A stretch of 64,000 bases of DNA from Octopus sinensis (lineage: Eukaryota): positions 32,302,001 through 32,366,000 of the forward strand of contig NC_043007.1 in NCBI RefSeq assembly GCF_006345805.1, written 5' to 3'. Below are positions 50,700 through 63,598 of this stretch, piece by piece (the stretch's first letter is position 1; every line of letters starts with the position of its first letter). A program made the translations under genes and the position numbers. The notes under the pieces are model-generated. The model did no database searches. It saw only the letters and a list, made by a program, of their open reading frames with translations, and was not told where the DNA came from.

Positions 50700-51360
50700 G
50701 TGATGTAGCAAGAAGGGCGAAAATGAGTTGTGTCGGGAAGGTGAGCTGAAATAGTGATGCGGAGCAGCAAGTTACCAGCAAACGAGAATGACGATGGAAT
50801 AGGTGGGTGTGAGAAGGGTACAGTGGCGAGGAGCGGGAGGGTGTGACGCTAAAGAAACGGCAAGGTATTACAGCTTAAAATCTACAGTCAACGGAGGAGG
50901 GGCAACAACAAAGTTTAGGGGTGGTGGTCGTGGTGGGGGAGTACTTTGCTGAAATAAATAAAGGGAGATGAAATTTCAAGGGTAGAACTACGAGTTGATG
51001 AATGGAGAATGCTGCGATTGCACCTGGGTATGTGAAAGAGCACGGGTGAGATGGGGGTGGCTGCTCGAAGAAGATACGGGTGGGGGGAGAGGGGAATTAA
51101 AAAGATGCAATAACTGATAGGGTGGGTAAGATTGTAAGGTAGAAGGAGGCTGGGGAGGGTTCAGACTCCCTAATGATGGGTGAAATAGGCGTGGGATGGG
51201 AGAGGGGAAGAAAGCTAAGGAGACTGCACAATACAGTCTTGGTATGCGGGCTAACAGCGTATCCATGGCAGCAAGCGAAGAAAGGGGATCGCAAAGAGAA
51301 CCCTGCAAATGTCTGATATGACTGGAGATTCCGGGGTCTCTGTCGGGAATATTTATTACA
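50700..51360 (-). mobile_element. Unidentified purine-skewed segment, possibly a decayed Penelope-like ORF N-terminus
   Basis: G-rich plus strand and C-rich minus strand; only weak motif echoes (LAAM, LNFV..PP); same orientation as the Penelope-type terminal repeat at 52330-52520. Confidence 0.25.
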
Positions 51361-51419
51361 TAAATAGACAAAATATTTTCATTCGAGTTTGGATTAAACT
51401 GCTAAAAATAATTATTATT

Positions 51420-52010
51420 AGTGTGTGTGTATGTGTGTGTGTATGTATGAGTATTTGTGTGTGTATATATTTGCGTATATGTATTTGTGTGTGTGTATGT
51501 GTGTGTGTATGTATGTGTATTTGTATGTATATATATATGTGCGTGTATGCATATTTGTGTATGCATGTGTGTGTATGCATGTGTATGTGTGTGTGCATGT
51601 GTATCTGCATGTGTGTGTATGTATGTATGGGTATTTGTGTATGTATATATTTGTGTATATGTATTTATGTGTGTATGTGTGTGCATATTTGTGTGTGTAT
51701 TTGTATGTATGTATTTGGTGTGTGTGTGTGCATGTATGTATATTTGTATGTATATATGTGTATTTGCATGTGTGCATGTATGCGTATTTGTGTATTTCTG
51801 TGTATGTATGTATGTGTATTGAGCATATTCGTGTGTGCGCATGGGTGTGTGTGTGTGTGAGTGTATGCAAATAAGATTCTATAGACCTGTTATACAACTT
51901 CACCTGCTTTACATATCTATACACACCACACATTATATGTACAGTGTGTGTGTATGTGTGTGCGTGGGTGTGTGAGGTTGTGTATGTATGTGTATGCGTG
52001 TGTGTGAGAC
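51420..52010. repeat. Degenerate (TG)n/(TATG)n block
   Basis: Visible; source of the long C/V/M/Y and H/T/Y ORFs in the track. Confidence 0.95.
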
Positions 52011-52291
52011 ACAGACCTAAGTGCACTTTCTTAATTCGTTTATCAATCTCTGAGGCTGTTTTATGGCAAGATAAAAATTAATTAGAGCCATGAGAAATGT
52101 CAACGTGAAAGAAATAAAATGGGAATGAAGAATCCAGAAAAACAGAACCTATCACAAAGAAGGAGGCAGATTCATTAGGTTTCTGAGTTATTCAGTGTTT
52201 TACTGCCTTGGTCACACGCTCATTGGGCAAATTAACGAAGCAAAATCTGGTGAGACCATTATATATATTTGCATATGTGCATGCGAAAGTA

Positions 52292-52339
<48 letters not shown>

Positions 52340-52421
52340 ATATTATATATACATAAAGTTAATCCAAACATGAAAACACCAAGAGAAAACACAACAACGC
52401 GAGGACGTGGAACAAATATAG

Positions 52422-52490
52422 TATTATTGGACACTCAGGAAAGAAGGAGGGTTTAACATTTCGAGCGGAGCTCTTCGTCGGAAACATAGG
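52422..52490 (-). ncRNA. Degenerate minimal hammerhead ribozyme motif (Penelope-type)
   Basis: Minus strand CCGACGA-A-GAGC-TCC-GCTC-GAAA-TG...TG-TC: core CUGANGA (U4 to C), 4-bp stem II, GAAA, GUC triplet. Confidence 0.5.
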
Positions 52491-55400
52491 AGAAGGGAAG
52501 ACAGAGGAAAAAAAACGCCAACGGTACACACGAGGTCACATGTGTGTGTTGCCTTACTGGCACTTGTGGGTGTGGCATGTCAAAAACATTCAGGCGTGGT
52601 CGTTGCCAGTGCCGTTGGACTGGCTCCTGTGCAGGTGGCACATAAAAAGCACCATTTGAGTGTGGCCGTTGCCAGTACCACCTGACTGGCCCTCGTGCCG
52701 GTGGCACGTAAAAGCACCCACTACACTCTCGGAGTGGTAGCCTTTCAGCTGCTTCCCCTCTCAAGTCGCCACCCCTATGCAAGCTTACACAACAGACCCA
52801 AAATGTGCCTCTCCCATCAAAGCAATGCCCAGAGCAGACTGTCCTCACCCCACCCCACCTATGCTACTGATATAAACCCCTTAAACTTCAGGAATTATGA
52901 AACTAAGACAATTTGAACTCAAATATATCTGTCAATCTGTCTTAATTTCGTAAGCTTTCATAAGTGACAACAAACTAAGTTGGTAATCCTTGTACTTGGA
53001 CTGTTACCAACTAACCAAGCTGTAAATAAGTACCAGGAGTAGATTTCGTCAATAGTAGGAGCATAGTAAAATTGACCAGTGTTTTGTAAAATTTTCTGTG
53101 TCAAGGCCAAACGTCTACTGGTAAGTGGTTCTGCAAAGATAACTTGCCCTTGAAACAGCTGTCTGCCACATAAATATCTGATCAACCGCAATAGGTCACA
53201 GAGATAAAGTTCAGACAAGTGACAGAAATGCTCAATGATTAAAACAACACCTGTCCCTAATTAATAGAAAATTAGTTGTTCTGAAGCCATTTTTGATTAG
53301 GAGGAAGGAATATTACATCATTATGTTGTCCGTTTTCCATGCTGGCATGGGTTGGATAGTTTGGCCGAAGCTGACCAGCTTAAGGGTCCATGTCTGATTT
53401 GGCATGGTCTCTATGGCTGGATGCCCTTCCAAACACCATCTACTTTACAGAGTGAACTGGGTGCTTTTACACAGCACCAGTCATCATCATCATCGTTTAA
53501 CGTCTGCTTTCCATGCTACCATGGGTTGGAGACAGTTTGACTGAGGACTTGCAAACCAGATGGATGCACCAGGTTCCAATCTGATTTGGCAAGGTTTCTA
53601 CAGCTGGATGCCCTTCCTAACGCCAACCACTCCGAGAGTGCCACTAACACTAGCCTTTCAATTTGAGTTGAACTTTATTATTTTAATGAAATTCTAGCAA
53701 TGGAAAGCTTTTCCGTAGTTCAGCTTCAGGTCAACTTTACTTAAGACCTAGAATCAAAGGCATTCCAACTGTAGCCAGTCTGTCTTTTTGAGGGAGGCCT
53801 AAGACTACATTATCCAATATATCCTTTCCTTATCGAAGACAGGTGTGTGTGTGTGGGGGGGGGAATCTGAAGGAGATTTTGGCTGCTATTTCTGGCAGTT
53901 TGAGTGACCACATAGAAGCCATTTTCTCAAGCTCACTGAGTTGATCGCAGTTACATTATGTCTCTGAATAAACATTATGTTCAATTCTATTTGTCTCAAC
54001 TCAAAGACCTGAACAAAGTTAAGAGTTCTCTGTAGATGCCGGCATTGATGTCTGTATGGTTAAGAAGCTCATTTTGCAACTATATGGCTTCAGGTCCACT
54101 CCCACAGCGTGGCACCATGGGAAAGTGTCTTCTACTATATATTTCTTTATTGCCCACAAGGGGCTAAACATAGAGGGGACAAACAAAGAGATTAAGTCAA
54201 TTACATCGACCCCAGTGCAAAACTGGTACTTTTATTTATCGACCCCTAAAGGATGAAAGGCAAAGTCGACCTCGTCAGAATTTGAACTCAGAACGTAACG
54301 ACAGACAAAATACCGCTAAGCATTTCGCCCGGCGCGCTAATGTTTCAGCCAGCTCGCCTTATATATATATATATATATATCTGTGTGTGTATCTGCCACT
54401 GCTTGGCAACCAGTGTTGGTTTGTTTATGTCTGTGTAACATAGCAGTCTGGCAAATGAGACCGATTGAATCAGTCCCAGACTTTATAAAACTAAACATAA
54501 ATACTGGGGTCAGTATGTTTAACCCTTTATCATTTAAACCAGCCATATCTGACCCAAATATTATCCTTGTTTTATGTTGAAACTGGCCAGATCCAGCCTC
54601 TCACACCTACCCTGCAATGTCATTCTAAAAATAAACAATCACATCATCAAAATCTTGAAACTTTGAGATAATCCATGATTAATTCAAAATAATGTGAATA
54701 AATAAATGTTGCATTTGACAGAATCTGAATGCTAATGAGTAAAAGCATTGCCCCAGCATGGTCGCTGTCCAATGACTGAAACATGCAAAGGATAAAATTG
54801 ATTAGCATTTTATAGGGTGGGAGTATGTAGTTCCCTTGCACCAGTTTAACTTTAAAGAGACAACCAAGGCTAAGCGCCGGCTTCGAGAACCGACCGACAT
54901 GTTGGTTTTGTAAAAGGGACAAATTGCTTTTAATCAAACTCCAGCCGACTGAAGAGATCAATAGATATTGATCTTTTTGTTTTTATTTGATTAAGGAATC
55001 ACAAACTATTTTAGTAAAGAAGGATGCATGAATCATTCACCCCTTTCTTCTTGTTCAACCAAACAGAGAAAAGGATCAGTGGTGGGGCTGGCTAGGGGCA
55101 TTGATAGGTCTGGGATAGAGAGATCTGGTGAATGAACTTAATTTGTGCAGAATCTTTCATCCCATATTTTTTTTTAATACAATAACAGTGTCTGAGAAGC
55201 AGGCCTTTGTTGTTGGGCGGAGTCTACTGGAGTTTCTCTGTTATTACGAGATATTTTAACTACAGAGACAGCAATGCCAGTCTATCATAAGCTTAGTCAT
55301 ATTAGGAGTTAAACACAGTATTACAGATATTTGTCAGCGCCATTGCTGCCTACTGTGCCAAACCTAGCCAACATGATAAAGTCGGCCTGTTGGATATGCA

Positions 55401-56875
55401 GTCACTACACTTGCTAGAAATAACAGTCAAATCTCCTTCAAACCACGCCATACTGTCATAAAAAGGGAAAACTATACAGATTCATATTTCGTTTTTGGAT
55501 TTGGTTTGCAAGATTCTTTATATGAGTTTGTGTGTTGAAGCATATTCTGTTGTGTCTGGGGAGAGTCGTTTTCTTTTTGGGCCTTATAATTTAATACCCT
55601 CACTGGTAAGTTGAAAAGGTTGCAAGACACAATGAAAATTTTGGGAAAATAGAAATTAGAAATAAGTGGAAATTTTACCAGTGAGTGTGTTAAATTATAA
55701 TGCACAAAAAGAAAATGACTCACCCCAGACACAACAGTATATACAGATTCACAATTCCTGAAAAAAAAAAAATTACCATGGCTACAAAGCTTTTGGTCAC
55801 AGGTCTGTAGAATTAGAGTTTACTTGGAGATAATCAATAACAATGATGAATTGAATATCCTGATAAAAAAATAAAGTCTTATCTAGGGATATAATGCAGC
55901 ATACAAACTATAAATCACTTCAAAAACCCAACATTTTAATTAAATCTCGAGCTTACAGTTTGTGAGATTATTATTATTATTGTCATGTATGGTGTAATAA
56001 ATGTTATTTAGAAGAACTTTAGTTGCTGTTTAGTCCCAGGCCAGGACGGATTCAGCAGGCATATAATCAAGGATGTTCCCACTCTTTTCTCTCCTTATTT
56101 TTGTCCAGGCATTAAGTAATATAAGAGATGTAATTGTCTCAGGCAAGTGGTTTGATCTGAGACAGCGTGTGGAAACAAATACAGTTACACTCTGGAAGAT
56201 ATGTTAGACTCTGGAAAACGCACAAAAACTATTAACTTCACCTCAGTAAGAACCATGCCAGCGACCAGGTTGCAATTGGTGCAATGAAAATTTTGGCAAT
56301 AAATAATAAATGTTCAAGTGAAGTTAACAATCTTAGCATGTTTTTTTTAAATTTATCTGTGTTTCAATTTTTCAGGCAGCAAAGTGTGATTCAAGGCAGA
56401 TTTAACTGCTATTTCTAGCAACTTGAATGACTGCATGGAGACTCTCTCACTGGTTCAAAATATCTTTGTTAGTAAACTTAGAAAAATTTCAAAATAGTCA
56501 TACAGCTTATCGGTCAGCCACACAAATAGTGTTGTTGCTGGAAACATGGAAAGAAGTTAAAAGATGAATATTTTGCCATCTTATCATTATTTAAACTCGT
56601 TAGGTATGGGTTTTTTTTCTAACTATAAACAAAGTTAAGAGAGGAGATAATTTTCTATTTAAAACAACAAAAAGAAAAGAAAAAAGAATTTTATCTTTCG
56701 TATTTTTACTCGTTTTTATAATTAGACTGTGGCCATGCTGAGGCACCACCTAGAAGCGTTTTGTAGAATTAATTGCCCTCAGTACTTAATTTATTGATGT
56801 CTTTGCCAAACTGCTAAGTTACAGGTGAGAGACAAACACAATGGCACCTGCACACACACACCAATATAGTAGTAA

Positions 56876-57175
56876 GAGCTGTTCTTCACTTCTGCTCCAG
56901 AGCGTCGGCTGCGGGGTCACTCCGAAAAGCTCTATCTGCGACGATTTCATCTCAATCGAAGGAGAGGGGCTTTCTCCGTCCGGGTTGCGTATCCGTGGAA
57001 TAAGCTGCCGGACGAGATAGTGAAGATGCTGACGACCGCTCAGTTCAAAGTCTCCCTTGACCACAAGTGGCCTGAACTCTTTACATGAACACCACCCTGT
57101 ACATAACTCCATGTCCTCCTACATGGCCTTGCTTTTTGCTTTTTGAGCCAAAAAATTAACTAACTAACTAACTAA
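56876..57175 (+). mobile_element. Young GC/CpG-rich CR1-clade LINE 3' end
   Basis: Open frame ELFFTSAPERRLRGHSEKLYLRRFHLNRRRGAFSVRVAYPWNKLPDEIVKMLTTAQFKVSLDHKWPELFT* (stop 57086-57088), 3' hairpin CCATGT-CCTCCT-ACATGG, (TAAC)n tail. Confidence 0.85.
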
Positions 57176-57558
57176 TTTAAAGAAAATGGAGAGTCTGAAA
57201 ACAGCAAAATCAACTTATTTATATACCTGTTGATTACATGAGGCCTAAGATCGTTTCAGTATCCACCTTCATTCATTTTACAATTAACAATTGAATTATG
57301 ATTTCAAAAGGTGTATATATATGGCTGAAAAATGAGCTTCTTATCCACATAGCCATCATATATGTATGTATGTATATATATATATTATATATATATATAT
57401 ATATATAGAACATTGCCTACATTGAAAGTGTGTTATTGTCTTGGAGATTTTATGGTAGAAAAGACATTAGCATCTATTTCTAATTCAGTACGTGACGAGG
57501 CATTTAGCTCACCCCTTATTATAATTATGTATATAATTATAGAATATCTTATATATAT

Positions 57559-57927
57559 TTTTTTTTTACTTGTTTCAGTCATTTGACTGCGGCCATGCTG
57601 GAGCACCACCTTTAGTCGAGCAAATCGACCCCGGTACTTATTCTGTCGGTCTCCTTTGCCGAACTGCTAAATGACGGGGACGTAAACACACCAGCATCGG
57701 TTGTCAAGCAATGCTAGGGGGACAAACACAGGCACACAAACACACACATACATATATATACATATATACGACAGGCTTCTTTCAGTTTCCGTCTACCAAA
57801 TCCACTCACAAGGCATTGGTCAGTCCGGGGCTATAGCAGAAGACACTTGCCCAAGATTCCACGCAGTGGGACTGAACCCAGAACCATGTGGCTGGTTAGC
57901 AAGCTACTTACCACAGCCACTCCTGCA
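57559..57927 (-). mobile_element. SINE family B
   Basis: Near-consensus reverse copy; others at about 15165, 30145, 41590, 58770, 60860. Confidence 0.85.
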
Positions 57928-57934
57928 CTGCATC

Positions 57935-58113
57935 CTTCAAAACTTCAATGCTTCCTGAGATTCGCCAGCACTACACCTGATTTTCTCTCCTCCATACACA
58001 CGCAAGCATGTATCTGACTCATACATTGTTGGCTTCCCAGACATTTGTACATTGCTGCATATGCTTTATACTTACTTTTGACAAGTTGTGGTGCACCTGG
58101 GCACTGTATATAT
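57935..58113 (+). mobile_element. CR1 3' end and UTR fragment (family of 59610-60082)
   Basis: Nearly identical by eye to 59880-60060. Confidence 0.85.
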
Positions 58114-59609
58114 ATATATATGATTATCATCATCATCGTTTTACTTTTCCCTGCAACCATGAGTTGGACAGGTTCTCTGAAGCAGTGTTTTACACTAGAT
58201 CGTCTTTTTGATACCAGCCCTTTTAGTCCCCTCTTGCAACACAAAGGGTCACAGTGTACCCATTCTACAACTGAGATACATACATACATCAAAAATGGTC
58301 CGGGAATCAAACTCACAACCTCACAATCACAAGTTCAACGCTCTAACCACTGAGCCATATGCCTTCACATACATACACACAAACAAAAATACTCTGTAGT
58401 TGATATTGAAATTCCAATGAAGGAGCCTTGGATCTAGATTAGAAACCGGCTCTTTCTCTATTGGCAGGAAATCTTGAAATAAAATTGAACAATGGCATAC
58501 GTGCATTAAAAGAGGAAGTCAGAAAACATTTTCCAGCTTCCTGGTTTACCTCACATAATTACAACTACATACCAGACTGTAACACTGGAAGAAGCAGATG
58601 TGCTTCAAGAGGACACAGCTTGGATTTTACCCTACCCACATAACAGTTATATACAAAGAGAGAGCGAGAGAGAGAGCGAGAGGGGGAGAGAGAGAGAGGG
58701 AGAGATTTTTATAAAACTACCAATTATGTGTTAAGTGAAAAGGCAACAATTGATGTGTAACAAGCTTTTTTCTTTTATTTGTTTCAGTCGACACTAGAAA
58801 TCATTCTTTGTAAGCTTAGTACTTATTCTATCGGTCTCTTTTGCCAAACTGCTAAGTTATGGAGACGTAAACATGCCAGCATTGGACACCAAGCAATGGT
58901 GGGGGGGACAAACACAGACACACAAACATATATACACGACGGGCTTCTTTCAGTTTCCGTCTACCAAATCCACTCACAAGGCTTTGGTCAGCCCGAGGCT
59001 ATAGTGGAAGACACTTGCCCAAGGTGCCATGCACAGTGTGACTGAACCCAGAGCCATGTGGTTGGTAAGCAAGCTACTTACCACACAGCCACTCCTGCAC
59101 TTATATACATTCAGTATGTTATATTGGGTAAAGGGGAATTTGTGGTTATGTAGATACGATACAATCATAACACAAGGGTCTTGAGTTCAAATACACAGCA
59201 GGATTTTCTTTTGTATATCTGTGTACTCTTCATTCCGTTCATTCCACACAGTTCACCAATCACAAACAGGTACAGCAGATCATCAACAACTCTTCCTGGA
59301 CCAGAATGTTGTGTATTTTTTCTTTTGTTGTTGTTTTTTCTTACCATATACTTAATAGATGCAGGCATAGGTGTATGCTTGGGAGACTTGCTTCCCAAAC
59401 TATGCGGTCACTGGTTCAATCATACTGCATAACACCTCAGGTCAACCAAAACCTTGTTATGACTTTTCACATTTAAAAACTGACCAGAGAGACATTTACA
59501 TAATTGCGAGTTGTTATATATAACCATGGGTTAAACAACCTGATGAAGCAAAACTATGATCAAAAAGCATTCCACCTATGCCCACCTTGTCTTTCATTTC
59601 ACATACAGT

Positions 59610-60082
59610 GTATCTAGGACTACATTACTGGGAATGGACACATTGAAACTCCGATACCTGGCAGCTGACTTGGCAGACATCCATAAAATTATTAACCATC
59701 TTACAAACAATAACTCTGAGCACCTTTTCAAACTCCACCTGTCTAACACCCGTGGACATGTTTACAAAGTCAGAAAACAGCACAGCTCCTTCCATGACTT
59801 TAGGAAACATTTTTTCACGCTGAGAGTTGCTGAAGCATGGAACAAACTGCCGGCATCAGTTGTTAGTTGTCGGAGCACTGCATCGTTCAAAACTTCCATG
59901 CTTCCTGAGATTCGCCAACACTACACCTGATTTTCTCCCCTCCATACACACGCAAGCATGTACCTGACTCATACACTGTTCACCTTCCAGATATTTGTAC
60001 ATTACTGCATATGCTTTATATGCACTTTTGACAAGTTGTGGTGCACCTCAGCACTGTATACAATAATTTCATTACTATTATT
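59610..60082 (+). mobile_element. CR1-clade LINE 3' end (AT-rich family)
   Basis: LGMDTLKLRYLAADL...TRGH.YK....FRKHFFTLRVAEAWNKLP..VV....FK matches the CR1/L2 ORF2 C-terminus; stop 59928-59930; (ATT)n-like tail. Confidence 0.88.
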
Positions 60083-62439
60083 TGAAAGTGCTAATTTTTT
60101 TACAAGCAGTAAGAGTTGAGAGAGATTTGGTTGCTATGTCTAGCAGGTTGAGTAACTGCACACAGCCCCCACCCCCCTTTTTGACACAAGACATTTTCAT
60201 AAATTCCTGGGTGAGAAATCTTATCTTATGGTGCTCAGTAAATATTTTAATATCACAAAATATTTCATTTTAACAGCCAGAAGTCTGCAGTTCCCCATCA
60301 ACTTTTAATATTTTCTCTCTCCAACGGTGGTTCGGTGTCAAAAACCCATAAAAGCATATTGTGTGTGTGTGTGAGAGATAGATAGATAGAGAGAGAGAGT
60401 AATAAGTGTGTTTGTGTGCATATCTAGTGTGTCCACATGTGTGCAAAAAATAAAGGTTAATTAAACAAGAATCACCAATCTACAACAGTGAAAGAGGACA
60501 TTTGTTCCTACATCTGGTTAGCATTTAATAGAAAGCTCGAAATAAACAGGTTATTCCAGTATGCATATTATGGAATGATTACCACACAGAAACATGACCT
60601 CCAGATAAAGACAAATAACCAGATTCTTTAAACAGAGAAATATCTGCATAATTTCTAAATAAACCTACTTCTTTATGTGTAAATAGAAACACTGCTCTCT
60701 CAAGAAATGATGATGGTGGTGCTGGTGGTGGTGGTGGTGATGGTTGTGGCTTGATTTGATTGTTAAGGAAAGTAAAGACTATATATACATATATGTGAAT
60801 AACAATAATAATTTCAAATTTGGGCACAAGGCCAGCAATTTCAGGGTAGAGGGTGAGTCGCTTTTGCCGAACCGCTAAGTCATAGGGACATAAACGCACC
60901 AACATCGGTTGTCAAGCAATGGTGGGGGGGGAACAAACACAGACACATACATATACACACACACACACATATATATACACATATAGACATATATAAACTA
61001 TGATGATGATGATATATACATATATATGCAATGGGCTTCTTTCAGTTTCCGTCTATCAAATTCACTCACAAGGCTTTTGTCGACCCGAGGCTATAGTAGA
61101 AGACACTTGCCCAAGGTGCCATGCAGTGGGACTGAACCTGGAACCATGTGGTTGGTAAACAAGCTACTTACTGTGTTTTTTTTTTTAAGTTCTGCAGTAA
61201 TATAAGTTTGTTTCAAGAAATAATACCACAAACCCCTGTAAAGATGATATTTGTATCATAACCCTCCCCAAATATGAACAAAATCCAAATAGAAACCTCA
61301 AGGGTAATACAGATGTCAGGCCCAACCATCACTGGGGATTTCTCAGGTAGAACAAATGCATTCTCAAAGACATTTAAAAAAATTTTGAGTCCTACGACTC
61401 ATAAGATTTCATGTTACTTAAGTAACATGAAATAAAGTGTCTTGCTCAAGGACATGATGCACCACTGGGAATCGAACTCACGGCCTTATGATTGTGAGCT
61501 GAACACCCTAATCATTAAGCCACACACCTTCACGATTGTTACACATACCAAACACCCTATACAACATCATCATCATCATCATCGTCGTCGTTTAACGTCC
61601 GTTCTCCATGCTAGCATGGGTTGGACGGTTCGACCGGGGATCTGGGAAGCCAGAAGGCTGCACCAGGCTCCAGTCTTATCTGGCAGTGTTTCTACAGCTG
61701 GATGCCCTTCCTAACGCCAACCACTCCTAACGCCAACATATATAAAAGAAAAAATCCCCATCCAACTGGTTGGCATGAAATTGCTCATTAGCACCCTCCA
61801 GCCTCCAGGCCACAATCTGCTCTCACCTCTTTGTTTTTTTTACCCCTACTGATGTAGCCTGTACTGATTTGGAATTGGCCAATCTCATACCACTTCTGCC
61901 CAAGAAACCCTCACCAAAATCACTTCATAGGCTTGTGTTACAAATGCAAAATACATCAGTGTGAGACAAACATCACTGCTGCAGTGACTCACGTGAATGA
62001 CAGACGAATTTCATTTAAACAGGTGAGAATTGAGTGCACAGCATCGACAAGCTTCAACAAAGGCAAAATAACATCTGTCGTTCTCATGAGTCACTGCAGC
62101 GACCAACGTTCATCTTGACTTGATGTATACAGTGTTTTAAATGAAGTCTTTGAAGAGATTTCATCTCAGACAATTCTACAGTTTCTTGTCAATGGTATAC
62201 ATACATGCCAGATGATGCACAGATGATGTGGGTGATAAGAGAAATAACTGCAAAAGGTAGATACAGTTAAATGGAGATGTAAGTGACTTGGGTGAAAGAA
62301 GACAGAGAAAAATTAACAAATAATAACAACAAATAAAAAACTATGGGGATACCCCCAGCATGGCTTCAGACTGTTGCCTAAAACTAGTAAAAGAATAGTA
62401 CAATGAAGATTGGTAGAAAGACATATTGCAAATGTATCC

Positions 62440-63598
62440 AAGTAGCCTAGTACTTATTCTATCAGTCTCTTTTGCCGAATGTAAACACACCAGCATTGGT
62501 TGTCAAACGATGTTGGGGTGACAAACACAGACACACAAATACACACATACATATATACGACGGGCTTCTTTCAGTTTCCGTCTACCAAATCCACTCACAG
62601 GGCTTTGGTCAGCCTGATGCTATGTTAGGAGACACTTGCCCAAGGTGCCACACAGTGGGACTGAGACTGGAACCATGTGGTTCATAAGCATGCTACTTAC
62701 CACACAGCCACTCCTATGCCTTGGAAGATTTTAATTCAAAACTTATGAAAAGAAGATATTTGTACTACAGGGCCAGAAGCTGTTGCAGCCGAGTTGGTAT
62801 CAAAAGGGTTAAGAAATTTAACTTACATATAACATCCCAAGTCAATACAAATCACAAACCCTATATGTCTTAAGATAAGCAGTTTGCAACCCTTCATCAG
62901 TTCTATATCACTGGCAAAGACGATGAGGCAGGAGCGACAGTTCAGCATCATAAGCAACAAGGGCACTATATCATTAAAAAATAGATCTTACTCAATGTAG
63001 ATATATTGTAGAAAGGCACAAAACTGTAGTATTAATCGCGAGAAAGCGTCTTGTATGGACACACGGTGTTAAGAAATACAGACTCTTTACTCTTTTTAGT
63101 CATTTGACTGTGGCCATGCTGGAGCACCGCCTTTAGTCGAGCAAATCGACCCCAGGACTTATTCTTTGTAAGCCTAGTACTTATTCTGTCGGTCTCTTTT
63201 GCCGAACCGCTAAGTGACGGGGATGTAAACACACCAACATCAGATGTCAAGTGATGTTGGGGAAACAAACACATACACATAAATATATATATATACATAT
63301 ATACGACGGGCTTCCTTCAGTTTCCGCCTACCAAATCCACTCACAAGGCCTTGGTCGGCCTGAGGCTATAGTAGAAGACACTTGCCCAAGATGCCACGTA
63401 GTGGGACTGAACCCAGAACCAAGTGGTTGGTCAGCAAGCTACTTACCACACAGCCACTCCTATGCCTTAGTGGAAGATTTTAATTCAAAACTTATAGATC
63501 TTACTCAATGTGGATATATTGTCGAAAGACACAAAACTGCAGTATTCATCGCGAGAAAGTGTCTTGTATGGACACATGGTGTTAAGAAATACAGACTA
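62440..63598. repeat. Old tandem duplication containing SINE B
   Basis: SINE B(-) plus flank ggaagattttaattcaaaacttat occurs twice (62723, 63472); block 62982-63085 is repeated at 63494-63598. Confidence 0.8.

Noticed and set aside
12779-52026. Many long ORFs rich in Y/I/H/T or C/V/M (e.g. 18562-18976, 24007-24535, 38603-38977, 41622-42083, 51309-52026)
   Set aside because: They are translations of (TA)n/(CA)n/(TG)n microsatellites, which lack stop codons in some frames.
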